Positions 63,143-64,000 of a DNA stretch of 64,000 nt are shown here, one piece after another (positions within the stretch are counted from its first letter, which is position 1; each line of letters starts with the position of its first letter). Position numbers and translations under genes: made by a program. The stretch spans positions 4,779 to 68,778 of the forward strand of contig JAIRKD010000086.1 of NCBI GenBank assembly GCA_031260285.1, read 5' to 3'. This DNA comes from Gemmatimonadota bacterium. Its GTDB lineage: Bacteria; Gemmatimonadota; Gemmatimonadetes; Longimicrobiales; Longimicrobiaceae. The notes under the pieces are model-generated. The model had not been told where the DNA came from. It worked only from the letters and a program-made list of their open reading frames with translations, and made no database searches.

Positions 63143-64000
63143 CTATTCGAGCGCCCGGATTGCTTCGATGACCTGATCGATTTCCACCCCGGTGGTGGCC
63201 CACCCGATTGAAAGCCGGAACGCGCCATCGCGGAGGGTTCCAAGTACGGCATGGGTATCCGGAGCACAGTGAAGGCCCGGTCTTCCCTGGATCCCATGAC
63301 TGCGCTCCACCCGGAGGGCGAGTTCGTCCGAGGGGAACCGGTTGTGAACCATCGTAACAAGAGCCACATCTCCCGGCTGGTTCGTCGAAACGATACGCAC
63401 ATCCGGCAATCCGGAAAGTCCATCGAGCAGCTGCTGTTTCAGCTGCTGCTCCCGAGCCGCGAGAGCTTCCACCCTATGGTCGAGAATCCACTCCACTCCG
63501 GCGGCGAGCCCGGCGAGCCCCGGTGAGTTCTGGGTCCCCGCTTCGAGGTGATCGGGATAGACTTCCGGCATCGCGCGAGGAAGAGAGTCGCTGCCCGTCC
63601 CTCCAAAAAACAGCGGACGAAGCTCAATGCCTTCACGCACCCAGAGACCCCCGGTTCCCTGAGGGCCAAGCAACCCCTTGTGTCCCGTAAACGCGGCGAG
63701 ATCGGCCCCGAGTGTATTCAGGTCCACCCGAACATGGCCGGCAGTCTGAGCGAGATCCACAAGAAGCAGAGCACCCGCTTCATGAGCGAGATCCGCGATC
63801 CGGCGGACTGGCAGCACTGTTCCCGTGACGTTGGAGGCATGAGGAACCACAACCAGCCGGGGAGGGACGCCGCGCTGCAGGAGCTCCGCTGTCTGAGCGA
63901 GGTCCACTTCACCTTTCGCCCCGACCTCGATGACCGATTCCCGGACTCCCGAATCCTGGAGGGAGGCAACAGAGCGAAGGACCGCGTTATGATCGAACCG
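63143..64000 (-). CDS. Class V aminotransferase (cysteine desulfurase-like), N-terminus beyond window edge
   Basis: The track ORF starts at an internal GTG (63907). The frame stays open to position 64000: my translation upstream reads RFDHNAVLRSVASLQDSGVRESVIEVGAKGEVDLAQT. PLP-Lys motif FTGHKGLLGPQG. SNVTG motif. Confidence 0.85.
   Translation of the reverse strand, partial: RFDHNAVLRSVASLQDSGVRESVIEVGAKGEVDLAQTAELLQRGVPPRLVVVPHASNVTGTVLPVRRIADLAHEAGALLLVDLAQTAGHVRVDLNTLGADLAAFTGHKGLLGPQGTGGLWVREGIELRPLFFGGTGSDSLPRAMPEVYPDHLEAGTQNSPGLAGLAAGVEWILDHRVEALAAREQQLKQQLLDGLSGLPDVRIVSTNQPGDVALVTMVHNRFPSDELALRVERSHGIQGRPGLHCAPDTHAVLGTLRDGAFRLSIGWATTGVEIDQVIEAIRALE

Overview
GC-rich bacterial chromosomal window (roughly two-thirds G+C by eye). 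It is densely packed and consists almost entirely of core housekeeping genes, mostly on the minus strand. Contents in order:
- A canonical dcw block, mraZ-rsmH-ftsL-ftsI-murE-murF-mraY-murD-ftsW-murG. murG is cut by the window edge and is missing from the ORF track.
- A TPR lipoprotein gene, then a translationally coupled lipoprotein / beta-barrel / Ig-like lipoprotein operon.
- An AI-2E permease coupled to a beta-oxidation pair.
- A PQQ-type sugar dehydrogenase.
- ribF-truB-rbfA-infB-L7Ae-nusA-rimP.
- pgeF, a small coiled-coil gene, and murA.
- A plus-strand islet: PII-like, YtxH-like and PLC-like genes.
- gatBAC, uvrD, a histidine kinase, and serS.
- A Roadblock/LC7 + receiver + NDP-sugar operon, then an MBL hydrolase and a DksA-like gene.
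- rseP-dxr-cdsA, frr-pyrH-tsf-rpsB-rpsI-rplM, a short sigma-70, lepB, an NtrC-type activator, and a class-V aminotransferase cut by the window edge.

The rplM-rpsI-rpsB-tsf linkage and the short sigma-70 lacking region 1.1 suggest an FCB-superphylum or Gemmatimonadota-like lineage. This is inference only.

By eye I found no rRNA, tRNA, CRISPR array, transposase, integrase, prophage or recognisable defence genes. I did not find a convincing novel system. The best candidates for follow-up are:
- the uncharacterised envelope operon at 14087-17801 plus its neighbour at 11946-13616;
- the ~600 bp structured non-coding region at 22860-23457;
- the GTPase-less Roadblock/receiver operon at 46602-49872.

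Many long ORFs in the track are antisense artefacts typical of GC-rich DNA and were rejected.
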